Assembly (NCBI RefSeq): GCF_009914755.1
Contig: NC_060931.1
Direction: 5' to 3' (one strand)
DNA length: 64,000 nucleotides
Source of the DNA: the human T2T-CHM13v2.0 reference genome, Homo sapiens
The notes beneath the pieces are model-generated. The model saw only the letters and a program-made list of their open reading frames with translations, was not told the DNA's origin and did not search any database. The position numbers were made by a program, and so were the translations under genes. Shown one piece after another: positions 38,681 through 51,147 of the stretch. Positions within the stretch are counted from its first letter, which is position 1; every line of letters starts with the position of its first letter.

Positions 38681-39679
38681 CATCTTCAACACTTTCCTTA
38701 GGGAAAAAAAGTGGGTAGACAGCATCACTCGTATCTTTTTTTTTTTTTCTTCTATCATCTGCCCTTCACAATTCAATGGAGGAAACTGTACATTTCAGTG
38801 GGAAGATTCTATTATTCTACTACTGCAAGACAGCCTTATCTTCTGCATATCATTTATTTTTGAAGCTGTAAACTGGCTGAATTCTTTAGTCTTTCCAACT
38901 TTAAAACTAGAAATTTTGCTCCGAAATGAAAGAGTATCAGGAATACAAAGGAGAACAGGAAAATCTGAGACTTTTTTCATTTAAGATCAATGAATTATTT
39001 GGTTATACAGATATTTGAAGTATAGTTAACAGATATCAAAAAGAAGTCCTGGGTTGCATTCAGTCATGGCTGCCACAGATGTCAAAACTTCACATGTGGG
39101 ATGAAAGATTGTCCACAGTATGGAACAAGAGAGTTTGCAGTTTTTAAGGATTCTGCAGTCTTACTACTAAGCAAAAGCCTGGCATTTTAGATCTCCTATA
39201 GCTGTTGAGCAGAATTGAACAGTCATTCTTGAATCATATTTACTACATTGCTAGCTGATGACTAAAGTAAAGGCTCAAAACTTCAGCTGTATCTAGGAAG
39301 GTTTTGGGATCCTCAGTTCCCCGAACTTTTTGAACTACAAAGTGTATATTATTCCCATCCACCAGAATTTAGCTCTGGGGAGACAAACTCTGGAGAAGGA
39401 GTTTTCATGAAATAGATTTTCCATGTGAATTACTTGAACTGCTGTATAAAGAACTCAGAAAAAAAAATGTGTATGCATACAAACCATACATTTTAAAAAC
39501 CTAGTGACTACTGATCATGGGGCGAGAACACAGAAAGACAGATAAGAGAGGTCTATAGGCTTCCCATGTATACCTCAACACCTGGCCTCTGGGCCCTGTG
39601 ATGAGAAGGCTGAAACACAAAGGAATCTGAACAGGGACACTGCATACAAATACTGAATTATATGCTACATAAAGGTTTT

Positions 39680-41245
39680 AAAATGCACCAGGCCTGGGAA
39701 GAACCCCAACTAGAATACAAACTGTAGCAAATGTATCTAACTGTATTAAAAATGAGTAACAGAACACTACAGGAGGTGTAAAAGAAGAACTAACTTATTT
39801 TGGAAAACAATATTTTGATTGAATAGTATGAGGCTAAAGACAAAAAGAACTGCACACAAATAATATACTTTCCTTAGTAAATTTGTTCCCAAATGGGTAC
39901 AGATTCATATTTCAGAAGCTATTTTCTTTGTATGCTAGGGTTGAAAAAAATACATGCATATATTGAAGAAAATGAGAGTCAGTTTTCTCTTTGTCTATAA
40001 TAGAAAAGTTATATATAAGAAAAGGGATAGCTAGAATAAACCCTGTAGTATTGGATTGGAATTGTAGATATCAATATGAATTCATCATTTTTAAAGATAA
40101 ATACTGACATAAACTTAGACATATGTGTATGCAATAACCAGTATAATATATGTATTCTGAAACCATGTTCACTGACAGGTACTAAAAGTAGTGACACTCT
40201 GTTAGTAGTAAGCACACCTGTCACCCAGATTTTTGTTTCTAATACCTTTATCTAATAAAAGGAACCAGAACTCCTTGGAGATATAGTTGATTCCAAGGCT
40301 GGCACAGAAAATATACAAGATAAGACTTTAGCCCCATGCAGCAGCAGGAAGTACGACAGTGCTCAAAAAAGAATAGGGCATGTTGAAAGGGCACAGGAGC
40401 CAAATGGAAAAGATCCCAATGCCCAAAGCTAGAAAAATTTACAAAAAGAAAAAATGTAATTGGATTATAATCCATAGAATAAAGTAAATATCTGTGGTGC
40501 CATAGTGATAAAGATAAGTATTTGAGTAGATACATAAATGTAGGAGAAGAGGCAGCTCTTCTTTAGAAAAAGATTCCAATTAATAAGTAAAGAAGGAATG
40601 AGGGAAATGGAAAATCACCATTAGAACACCACTAATGAATGCTGAAATTGTTGGGTAAAAGTTTGAGGAGAAATAATATTTGCATTTGAAAGTAACTCTT
40701 ACAAAATATTTATTAATTAAAAAAGAAATATAGTAACTTTAGAGTAGAGAAAACTGGGAGACACCACTTTTAGAAAGTGATCCAGGTCAACATAACCAAT
40801 AATTAGATACATTGACATCATACATGATATACATATATTGACATGATACACTGAGAGGGGCATATCACTTCTGTAGTATTCTTGCCAAAAATGCATAATC
40901 TCAATCTAATCATGAGAAACATCAAATAGAACCAAATTGATGGAAATTCTACAAAATAGCTGACCAGGACTCTTCAGAAGTGTCTGTTGTATCTGATGTA
41001 ACAGATCAGAGGAAACCATAAAGACATCACAACTAAATGAGATGTGAGATCCTGACTAGGACTCTGGAACATAAACATAACATTAAAAGAAAAATTGGTG
41101 AAATTTGAAAAATGTCTGTAATTTAATTAATAGTATTGTACCAATGTTAACTTCTTGGTTTTGACCATTAAAGCAACTGTATTTTTCTATTTTTATAACT
41201 TTTCTGTAAGTAATGTTCTTACAAAACAAGAAGTTTTTAAAAATT
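39680..41245 (+). mobile_element. L1MC (L1MC3/4-like) long 3' UTR
   Basis: CAAATGTATCTAACTGTATTA...CTAGAATAAACCCTGTAGTATTGGATTGG...AATAAAAGGAACCAGAACTCCTTGGAG...CATATCACTTCTGTAGTATTCTTGCCAAAAATGCATAA...GTATTGTACCAATGTTAA. Confidence 0.88.
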
Positions 41246-42236
41246 GAAATAAAATGTACTAGAATATTGAGAATAGCTATCTTTGGAAAGTGAAAGTGCA
41301 GACGATTTTTATTTTTTCCTTAATTTTGTTTTCCAAAATCTCTACAATGAGCATGTGATATTTAGAAAATGCATTACTATTTTTATTTTTGGCCAGGAAA
41401 TCCCTTATGTATGGCTTTAGTTGTAAAAAAATTAACAAATCGTGTTTTAATTTTAAAAGATAATGCAAAAATGTTTATATGACGTATTAGAAAGTGTCTG
41501 TAAGCTTTAATAGCAAAGGACATTCCACACCAGTTAATGCTGTTTTTTGCATAGATACTTAAATTGTCATTAAGTCATCCTTTATGTTTTAATTACAAGC
41601 ATACTGCTTACCATTTTTGAAAGCCGAGATGATCCAGATATAATGGGTATAGGTGGAAAATGCTACTTTCTCTTGAGTAATTGAAGAATGTCATGATGTT
41701 CTCTTTTAATATCATGCTCAATCACACCTGCCAGATAACGATTTTTAATTTTCAAAATATTATGAGACTATCAAATGTACTTGTTAAAAACTTACTTCTT
41801 TCTTGGAAGATTTGGAAGGCTTCAGAGTCATTATTTTGACATGTCATGATATAATTCTGCAGCTGTGATAGATGGCACTGAAAGTAAGCCTCCTTCTTTT
41901 TAAGCTTCTGGACAAATGCTGAGGAACAGTCAAAATTAGCAGAAGTAGGCTTTCACTGCTACTGGTGAAATCCCTGGAACCTGAAGGATCCACTGTAAAA
42001 ACAGATGGAGATCTTAGTTTCTAAATAATTTGAAAAAACAAAACAAAACAACATTTAAAGTAGAAGTAAATGTACTCTCAGAAGAGTTACAGAAAAACTG
42101 AGCAGGTATTCAGAGAATTAATGGAAGGCTTATGTGATAGAAAGCTTTCTAAGTCATTATTTTATCCTGCTTCCCTCCAACCCCTTCACATCCAGAACTA
42201 CTTTTCACAGGATACATTTTAAAGATATCTACTTAT

Positions 42237-42262
42237 TGTGTGTGTGTGTGTGTGTGTGTGTG
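42237..42262. repeat. (TG)13 microsatellite
   Basis: Counted directly. Confidence 0.95.
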
Positions 42263-42274
42263 TAAACATACATT

Positions 42275-42325
42275 CAGCATCTGCAAAGCACAATAAAGCA
42301 AAACACAATAAAATGAAGTACATGT
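42275..42325. mobile_element. Tigger1/2-like terminal fragment
   Basis: ATCTGCAAAGCACAATAAAGCAAAACACAATAAAATGAAGTA resembles the Tigger1 terminus (CTGCGAAGCGCAATAAAGCGAAGCGCAATAAAACGAGGTA). Confidence 0.65.
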
Positions 42326-42559
42326 ACTCACTTAAAATGGCACAATGACCTTTTAACATAAGAATGTTTGGTATTGTCATTTTTATTTAAACTAGTCAAG
42401 CTTGAACGCCGGCAGGATCTCTGAACAATAGTTCTCAGGTAAATAAAAAATGTAATTTTATTGTTCTTTAAAAATAGCAATGAACATAGCATTACAGTGC
42501 TGCTTTTTTGCCTCATATTTCATCTCACCTTGACCACATGTGGTTAATAAAAGAGTACT

Positions 42560-42965
42560 TATTATTATTTTTTAAATTTTATTTCAATCGTTTTCGGAGA
42601 ATAGATGGTGTTTGGATATACGCATAAGTCTTTTAGTGGTGATTTCTGAGATTTTGGTGCACCCATTACCTGAGCAGCATACACTGTACCCAATGTGTAG
42701 TCTTTTATCCCTTACTACCCTCCCACACTTTCCCATGAGTCTCCAAAGTCCGTTATATCATTCTTATGCCTTTGCGTCCTTCTGGCTTAGTTCTCACTTA
42801 TAAGTGAGAAGAGAAGATATTTGGTTTAACATTTGTGACTTACTTCACTTACAATAACAGTCTCTGACTCCATCCAGGTTCCTGCGAATGCCCTTATTTT
42901 GTTCCCTTTTATGGCTGAGATATATCTATATCTATCTATATCTATATCTCAATCACATTTTCTTT
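42560..42965 (-). mobile_element. L1PB (L1PB1-like) 3' end
   Basis: TTTAGTGGTGATTTCTGAGATTTTGGTGCACCCATTACCTGAGCAG...ATCATTCTTATGCCTTTGCGTCCT is an L1PB 3' UTR signature. Confidence 0.92.
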
Positions 42966-43070
42966 GGATACTCCAACCTGAGCTCTTGTATCTTCCTTGT
43001 TAGTCAGTCATAATCTGGATGAAGTTTCGTCTACTGTGCACAGATCTTTCAGCATCAAAGATGTTGGAGG

Positions 43071-43234
43071 GGCTGGGTACGGTGGCTCATGCTTGTAATC
43101 TCAGCACTTTGGGAAGTCGAGGCAGGCAGATTACTTGAGGCCAGGAGTTTGAGATCAGCCTGGCCATCGTGGTGAAACCCTGTCTCTACTATACATATGC
43201 AGAATTAGCAGGGCATGGGGCAGGCACCTCTAGT
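43071..43234 (+). mobile_element. Alu (S/J), left arm plus start of right arm, 3'-truncated
   Basis: GGCTGGGTACGGTGGCTCATGCTTGTAATCTCAGCACTTTGGG... stops at GGCACCTCTAGT with no tail. Confidence 0.92.
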
Positions 43235-43799
43235 TTTTTGCCTGCCAGTCTAAGTCACTATTTAGCCTTCATTGGCTTTGTTACAGAATGCATTCTAATT
43301 AGATAAACCCCAAACAGATGGTACAGATTACGGGTAGTAGCTCTGTATAAGTGAAACTAATTTGAGAAAAAATAAAAAATTGGTTTATAAATGAATCCTC
43401 ATATTTTAAATTATTTACTTAATAGGATTTAAGGATTAGAATAAAAACCCTGTACTTTGACCATTTACTCACTTCTATCTGGCACAAGATTCAGACCTCA
43501 GCTCTCCGTTTCTCTCTCTCTAGCTCTTATTCTTGGCCACGGGACCAACCCTCACAGGGGCACTCTATGCAGAAGCTTCCTTCCTAAATTGGAACTCCCA
43601 CTTTGACCACTCTCCTTTGTAAACAGAAATAAAACTGAATTCTGCATGTTGTCCCAGAGGCCAGATGCTTGTGTCAATCTTCCATTCTTCCAGCTTGAAA
43701 ACATATCTGACACTTTCTTTAATGACCACCCCATCATATTTATTGACCAGAACCTGTGGAGTCTTTCTTTGTGACGGTTTCATTGAATCCTTTACCTGA

Positions 43800-43960
43800 T
43801 TATATGCCACTTGCCCACTTAGGAACCTTCAATTCCCCTACGTGTACAGGCTCAAATTCAAGCTCCTTACTAGCATCTGAGGCCATAATCTAATGTTTCT
43901 TTTACTTAAACTCTCTGTCCTAGACTGGTTGTTATTGTCTCAAAATGTGGCATCTGCAAC
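43800..43960 (+). mobile_element. L2 fragment
   Basis: CCCACTTAGGAACCTTCAAT...AAATTCAAGCTCCTTACTAGCATCTGAGGCC. Confidence 0.55.
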
Positions 43961-44260
43961 TTTGTTTCTTTTTTTTTTTTCCAGACAGGGTGTCACTCTG
44001 TTGCCCAGGTTGGAGTGCAGTGGCATGATTGGCTTACCACAGCCTCCACCTCTGAGGCTAAATGATCCTCCCATCTCTCAGCCTCCCCATAGCTGGGACT
44101 AAAGGCATGTACCATGATGCCCGGTTAATTTTGTATTTTTTTGTCGAGAGGGGTTTTGCTATGTGGCCCAGTCTGGTCTGGAGCTCCTGGGCTCAAGCAA
44201 TCTGCCCACCTTGGCCTCCCAAAGTGCTGGCATTATAGGAGTGAGCCACTGTGCCTGGCC
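43961..44260 (-). mobile_element. AluJb-like
   Basis: Full antisense dimer with CTCCTGGGCTCAAGCAATCTGCCCACC. Flanking TGCAA repeats form a partial TSD. Confidence 0.94.
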
Positions 44261-44622
44261 TGCAATCTCATTTTTAAGTCTTTGCTCAGATCAGCACTTC
44301 CACTTGGAAAGATCTCTCTGGTTCTCTTCATCTATCTCCTTCCTGCATTTCCTATACAATATTGCCCACGTTTCATTTCCCCCTTGATGCATTTCTCATT
44401 ACATTATCATACATTGTTAGAGTTTCTGAACTCTGTAAGAATTTGCCTTTACTAGTCTGTTGGCTTGTTTGACTATTTTCATATGCTTCCTTTTTCTATT
44501 TAATATCTTGTTTAAATTTTCAGTTTATAGATTACTTAAAGTAAAAAACTATGTGCCCATTTCCCAAGTTTTAGTAATTTAAAAATTACTGTAATATGCA
44601 AACTTACATCATGAAAATTAGG

Positions 44623-45177
44623 ATATCAGTCAGAGTTTGATGTTAGAAAAAATGGCTTTGACAAACTTTTACAGAAAATGAATCTGTTTGAAGGGAGTCC
44701 ACACATTCATTCTGGAAGCTTGGAGATCAAGAATAAAAAATAGATAAGGACAAATGAAGGTTGGCCAGAGAATAAGAAGTATAGCTGGTCATGGTTCAAG
44801 AGCACCCAATCACTGGAGCTGCCACTAGTGGACACTTAAGCTACTGTCTTCTCGTGTCTACCAGACTGTTCAGCACTAAATGCTCAAGGCCTCTGCCACT
44901 GGATGCCACACCTATCCCTGCAAAATAATTGATGCTGCTGCTTCTGCCACTGATAGTTTTTCAGATTCCTGAATCTTTGGAAGTCCAGTTGGTGGTATCC
45001 AATTGGTCAAGTCTGCATTCTGAGCCTACATCTGGCTTTCAGGAAGACAGGAAGGGAGTATCTTCAATCCCTTTGGCTTCTGGAGTGGGAAGGGATACAC
45101 ACACAACTAGGGAATGTCTCATAATAGGAAGGATTGTCTGGATGCTGGGTACATAAAAATAACCAATGTCTAACACA
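44623..45177 (-). mobile_element. Old MLT1 (M/N-like) LTR
   Basis: TATCAGTCAG start; TATCCAATTGGTCAAGTCT...GAGTATCT...CCCTTTGGCTTC...GGATGCTGGGT...AATGTCTAACACA. Confidence 0.7.
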
Positions 45178-45372
45178 CAGGCCTAGCTGTGCCACTGTTC
45201 AGTGCAATGGCAGGGATTTACCACCAACTTAAAATGTTTTATACATACTTTTGTATAAAAGTATATTTTTATTTCCTGAAAGCAGTGACATTTTCCCATA
45301 AGTGTCATATCATAAATTAGTGAACTTTAACATTCTATCCTAATTTGCATAACCTTGTCTGCCTTTAAACAT

Positions 45373-45914
45373 GACTGCAAGATGGGAATGGTAGTGTCAG
45401 CAAGAACCTTCCTTCTCCCCATGACACATCAGCAACCACATATGAACCAATTCTTTTTGTGAGAACTTCAGAAACTAACTGAGGGACTCCTGCACTCCAG
45501 CAAGCATGAGACCGGCACATTGAAGCCAGTAAGAAAATTCGACTCTCTTTCTCACCATAATCCCCACCCCCAGCATACTGCCATATGATTGGGAGGAAGT
45601 TTCCATCTCCCAGCTTCTCCCTGGGGAGTTAAGGAAAGGACTGGATCATATATCCAATGTTCTAATTCTTCTGAGGGTTGCTCAGGGAACTGGCTACTGT
45701 CTCACTGGCCTTAGGTTCTGACTAGACTCAATGTACTCTAGATGCTGGGAGCCACTGAGAAAGAACAAAAACAGTGATTTAGTGCAGCCCACATGCACTT
45801 GCCATCGCCCCTCCACCTGGCTTGGTGCAGAGCAAGTGGTCAAAAAAACCCAGATTCCAGCTTCTCCCTGGGGAGGGAAAGAGTTGGGCCATGTGAGCAA
45901 CATTCCAAATTTTC
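45373..45914 (+). mobile_element. Old L1 (L1M2/L1M3-type) 5' UTR with tandem monomers
   Basis: Starts with YY1-type CAAGATGG (45378-45385). A 19-bp CCAGCTTCTCCCTGGGGAG recurs at 45610 and 45857 (period 247). Confidence 0.65.
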
Positions 45915-46750
45915 CTACCTACAAGAAATAGATAAATTCCTAGAAACCTACAGTCTACCAATACTGAATCATGAAGAAATGGAAAACCTGAACAGATCTA
46001 TAACTTGTAAAGAGATTGAATCAAGAATCAGAAATCTCCCAACAAAGAAAAGCCCAGGACCAGATGGCTTCACTGGTGAACTCTACCAACATTTAAAGAA
46101 TTAATGTCAATCCTTCTCAAACTCCCTCAGAAAACTGAATAGGAGGAAGGCTTCCAAATCCATTTTGCAGGACCAGCATTATCCTGACACCAAAGCCCAA
46201 GACACTATTTTTTAACAACAACAACAACAAACAACTATAGGCCAATAATCCTGAAGATCATAGATGCAAAATTTCTCACCAAAAACCTAGCAAATTAAAT
46301 TTAACAGCATATTAAAAGAACCATACACCAGGATCAAGTGAAATTTATCCTTGGGATTCAAGGGTGGTTCAACATACAAAAATCAATTAACCTGATACAC
46401 AGTATTACCAAGATGAAGGATAAAAATCACATGAGAAAAGCATTTGATAAAATTTAACACACTTCCATAATAACTCTCAAAGAACTAGCAGTAGAAATAA
46501 ATTGCTTCAACATAATAAAGGCCATACATGGAAAGCCCACAGCCAGCATTATATTCAATGGGAAAAGTTGAAATATTTTCCTTTAGGACCCAGAACAAGG
46601 CCAGGATACCCACCATCGCCACTTCTATTCAACATAGTACTGGAAGTCCTAGCGAGAGCAATCAGGCAAGGAAAAATTTTTAAACGCATCCATATCAGAA
46701 AGGAAGAAGTAAAACTGTCTGTGTTTGCTGATGATGTGATCTTATATATG
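45915..46750 (+). mobile_element. L1M ORF2 reverse-transcriptase remnant (frameshifted)
   Basis: Translates to [27 protein letters not shown]...[12 protein letters not shown] and [18 protein letters not shown]...[16 protein letters not shown] (FADD catalytic motif). Stops and frameshifts present. Confidence 0.95.
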
Positions 46751-47087
46751 TTGGAGTTCTCATTTTACCATTTTTTTTTCTTTGAAGTGAAAGGCAAAGA
46801 AGTTTTTATTGCAAAGCGAAAGTACACAAGAGTTCAAGTGTAATTGGGAAAGTCGCCATTTACGTATCTTAGTATCACTTTTAGTTTTCTGTTTTTTGTC
46901 TCTGGGCTTTATTTTAGACAGTTTCTTCAATTCTGCCATCTGGAGATTTCCCCTTGTTTCATTTATTCCTATATGAATTTTTTGTTAATATTTGTAGTAT
47001 TTTATCTGTCATTTCTATGTGTTTGCTGTTGGGGGTGTTTCTACACAAATTCAGCCTACCTTTGTAAATTTCTCCTAACTGCTTTTC

Positions 47088-47198
47088 ACAGTGACCAACT
47101 CTTCCTGGTCTGCCCAGGATTTTCCCAGTTTCAGCACTGGAAGTCTCATGCCCTGGGAAATCCCTCAGTCCTCTACAGACTGGGATGATTTGTCATTG
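47088..47198. mobile_element. MER81-like hAT-Blackjack MITE
   Basis: GTGACCAACTCTTCCTGGTCTGCCCAGGATTTTCCCAGTTTCAGCACTGGAAGTC...CCCTCAGTCC...TGGGATGATTTGTCA. Confidence 0.85.
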
Positions 47199-47336
47199 AA
47201 TTGCTTTTTATCATTCCACATTGTGAGAGAAGCAAAAGGTCATTAATTGTTTACATTACTTCAGTAGTGGGTTGTCTATGAATTCTTATAAATAGCAAAA
47301 AGCTATCATGTTCTCCCAAGTAAAATCTTTTCCAAG

Positions 47337-47899
47337 TACTGTTTTGGCCCACACTTCCTGAAAAACAAAGCCTGATTCAAAAGCTTATTGGGAAGTAAAT
47401 TTGGGGAAAACAGCAGCAAGGCAGAGAAGAAAGGGGACCAAAATGCAAAGAGAGCATACTACTTAAGCTGTCCACAGCCTCAAAGGAAAAACAGTAGGTT
47501 GCTGATTCTCATATAAATTCTCCAGAAGGGCAATTCCTGGAATTCAAGTAATGTATCAGCTGGCTGCTGCTGTCTCTTTGTCTTTCATTGGTTGAAGTCC
47601 TCCTAGGAGTCATTAAATCCATTGTACTTCCAGGTAGCATTCCCGGGCAGCCACTGGAGAAGTAACACCTTCTCTTGGTCCAATCTGGTGATGGAGCAGA
47701 CATTGCAGTCAGTAGTGCCAATGGGAACTGGTCCAAGGGTGTGCATGGCAGTGGCAGAAGTCACGGCATTAAACTATAAGACCAGTGGGCAGTGCCAGGA
47801 TCCTTCCAGCTGGGAAGCAAAGAAAGCGGAGGATTGTGGGGAGAGTGGATAGGCGAAGCTGAGTAGCTCTGGTATGACACAGAGTCTGGATCTGATACA
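47337..47899 (-). mobile_element. ERVL LTR16-family-like LTR
   Basis: ACTTCCTGAAAAACAAAGCCTGATTCAAAAGCTT...TTCATTGGTTGAAG...TTAAATCC..TGTACTTCCAGG...TCTGATACA. Confidence 0.6.
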
Positions 47900-48344
47900 G
47901 ATATTAAATAAAAGCTACTCCCTCATCCCACCACACACCTATTTGCACCTGCTTTATTGCTTAATTGTAGTGATGAATGTAAACATCTTTAGCTATGTCA
48001 TAATCTGCTAAAGGCAGGATTTTATATGTATTTTTCTATGATATCTAGTAGACTATTGGCAGAAGCTTAATAAATATTTTATGAAATCATGGCACACTGC
48101 TTGAAATATAGATATATAGATCAGTCTATAATTATGAAGCTCATTGTACTATGTGACTTTCTAGCAAATAGAAACATAGTATAAGATGATAGTTCCAATG
48201 GTCTTGGAAGCCAGGAATTCTCTCACTCTGCCATCCCATTATAATTGACAACTCTCAGTCATAAACAAATTTACCTATCTGGGTGTCTAGAACTCTGTAA
48301 TTTGGTGATTCTGGTTCAGCTGCCCCTTACTTTATGAACTTATT

Positions 48345-48680
48345 TGCTCATTCAGTCCATTGAGTTTCTACTATGTGCCAGATACTATGTTGGGCTTGGA
48401 TAATAAAGATTAAATGTGTATACATCCTGTCCTTGCCCTCAAGAGACTGAAGGTATGGTTGGGAATTTATTCTCCACCTGGAATTCTCCGTGTCTTTGTG
48501 CCCATCAAATGTCCTTCTTCTTGTAAGGACATTAGTCCTTGGATTAGAGCTCACCCTAATCCAGTGTGGCTTCATCTTAACTAGATTATATCTCCAAAGA
48601 CACTATTTCCAAATAAGGTCACATTTTGAGGTTCTGGGTACACAAGAAATAATAATAATTCTGAACAAATAATACAGAAT
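48345..48680 (-). mobile_element. L2 3' end, interrupted by an MLT1C-derived segment
   Basis: CATTGAGTTTCTACTATGTGCCAGATACTATGTTGGGC...GTCCTTGCCCTCAAG, with an L2-like GAACAAATAATACA after 48660. Confidence 0.7.
48471..48648 (-). mobile_element. Internal MLT1C segment duplicated from 50085-50262
   Basis: Ungapped alignment to 50085-50254 has 19 mismatches in 170 nt. No LTR termini. Confidence 0.85.
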
Positions 48681-49856
48681 TTTGTCCCTTATCTCCAAGA
48701 AAGGGGATAGTTTTGCTTGTTTGTTCAAATTGTGCTTAATACTATCAACACCTCTACATATTTCAGTAAGAATAGTTATTTTTATTCTGCTTGAGAAAAG
48801 AGTATGTACATTTCTCATAATACGAAGGTTCTGATGTTCTTTAGCACTGACGTAATTGACCCTACACTAGGGAAAGAACAGGGCAGATAAGGCATTCTTC
48901 AGACAATTCCCTCTTCTAGATCCAAAGTTGATCCTGATGCCAAAAAATCAGTACCAGAAGACCAGAGGTGGCCCAGGCCAGGAAATAAGAGAGTCTGGGA
49001 GATTCCCATTTTAGCATTCACTCAATGATTAAGGCATGACCCATGGCTTGTTGATTATTTTTGACCTGTCATTGTCTATTTTCCTATCACTGATAGAAAA
49101 AGGTATTTGGTGTCACATTATTCTTCCCAATTCTAGTTGGAACACATCCTCCCTTTCACTTCTTCATGGAGTACGTCTCTATTAATTATTTCTTCATGCC
49201 ATGACAAGATCAACTCTTGTCTTTAAAATATTATTGCATTGGTGGTTCACCTCAATATATTGAATTCCCTAAAAAGACATGAACTGGTCTCTGATTCATG
49301 GGGGAAAATCTCCAAAAGTTGCAATATTTTAGGGGATTAAAATTTATAATAATTCCTCTGTGTTTAAGGACACATAACATGTTTTCTGCATCAATGGTTA
49401 AGTTTGATATACATTCATGGACCTAAAAAAATTTTAGGACCAAATTAAGATGAGCCATGACTCTGTACAAAATTGTAGTGGGAAAAAAATGCTTACAGAA
49501 TTACACTATATCAATTGGAAAGGGTTAGTGTCTTATTAGTGGCTCCTCATTTCAGAATATTTTCCTTGATTTCAGCCTCATTCAGGTTGCTGCTTCTACT
49601 AATCTGGGTGCATTATTTACCCAATTCAATTCTTCAGTCATGCATTGCAAAAAAGAAAAAAAAAGGAAAAGAAATAAAGTCTTTTGAGCAAATATTCCCT
49701 AGAATATCCACAGAGCTTGACTGCATTGGCAATAGCTGGCACTTAGGAGAATGTGGTAGCCAGAGCCCTGTATTTTGCTGTCTAGAATCTCACTCTTGTG
49801 CATCTGGATTTTCATCCCAGGCACTCCTAGGCAACCCATGATGCTGCAATGACTGA

Positions 49857-50292
49857 TGTCTTAGTTTCCTAGGGACTCTAACAAATTGGTAGCTGAAAAC
49901 AACAGAAATTGATTATCCCACAATTCAGGAGGCTAGAACTTCAAAATCAAGATGTTGGCAAGGCCATGCTCTTTCTGAGAGCTCATGGGTAGGATCCTTT
50001 CTTGCCTTCTCCTAGCTTCAGGTGGTTGCTGGCAATCCTTGGTGTTGCTTTGCTTGTAGGCATATTGCTCAATCTCTGCCTCTGTCTCCACAGGGCATTT
50101 TCTGTGTCTCTGTGCCCATCAAATGTCCTTCCTCTTGTAAGGACATTAGTCATTGTATTAGGGCTCACCCTAACCCAGTGTGGCTTGATCTTACCTAGAT
50201 TATATCTGCAATGATGCTATTTCCAAATAAGGTCATATTTTGAGGTTCTGGGTGTACATGAATCTTTAGGAACTATTATTCAACTCAGTACA
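49857..50292 (-). mobile_element. MLT1C-like MaLR solo LTR
   Basis: TGTCTTAGTTTCCTAGGG...AAAACAACAGAAATT...GGTGGTTGCTGGCAATCCTTGG...CTATTTCCAAATAAGGTCA...CAACTCAGTACA. Confidence 0.92.
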
Positions 50293-51147
50293 TTTGAGAA
50301 GAGTTGGTGGACAACTACGTCAAACCTTTTAGTACTGTTACAATGTCATTCTGCCAAATAGGTGAACATTAATTGTAAGTTATTTGAGATGAAATTCCTT
50401 CTACTGAAGAAGGCCACTTTCTTTCCTGGAAATTGGATGAACCAGAAACAAAGATAAATGTCGTGGGTTAAAAAAAAAAATGTTGTAATTAGGTGGCAAA
50501 ACAGCACTGATTAGCTTATCATTCTTTCCTTTTGTGCTTCAGTATGCCTACTTGTATAATGAACTACAGAATAGCCTCCAGATTGTGTTTGCAAATGCTT
50601 GATGGAAATTTAAATCAGAGCACTATAAAGCATTGCGTGATTTAAAAAAAAGTCTTCAAAGAAAATTCAGATATAAATATGGCTAAATGAATAAATATTT
50701 CTCCCTAGAAAACTTAGTCATGTATTAGTACTATAATCCTCACAGGACAAAAGAAAATGTCAGATATCATGGAGTTACACAGATTTCTTTATGTCTAGTA
50801 CAGTCTCTAGCCAAATTCAACTGCTGATTTACAAATCAAATTCAGAAGCTAGGAGATTAAAATAGTTTGCTTTTTCAGAAGCTATAAAGAATATATATTC
50901 TCACTCTATATTTTGAAAATTCAGAATTTTTAATCAGGCTCAATTCCTAGCAAAACAGTCTTACTATCCCATTCTCTCACCTCTATATCTCTGCCCTCCC
51001 CCACACTGTCTCTGCTACCTTCCCTAACCATGCTCCCAACTCCAGAAAGTTAGAAATATGGCTACTGTTGCTGGTCCTCTTTCAACTTCATAATCTACCT
51101 TGAGTCTGGGAAGACTTTCTATAAAGTTTCATGCTGAGCTACAAAAA

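Noticed and set aside
45793-46843. Functional reverse transcriptase gene
   Set aside because: Frameshifted, truncated L1 ORF2 fossil lacking the endonuclease and C-terminal domains.
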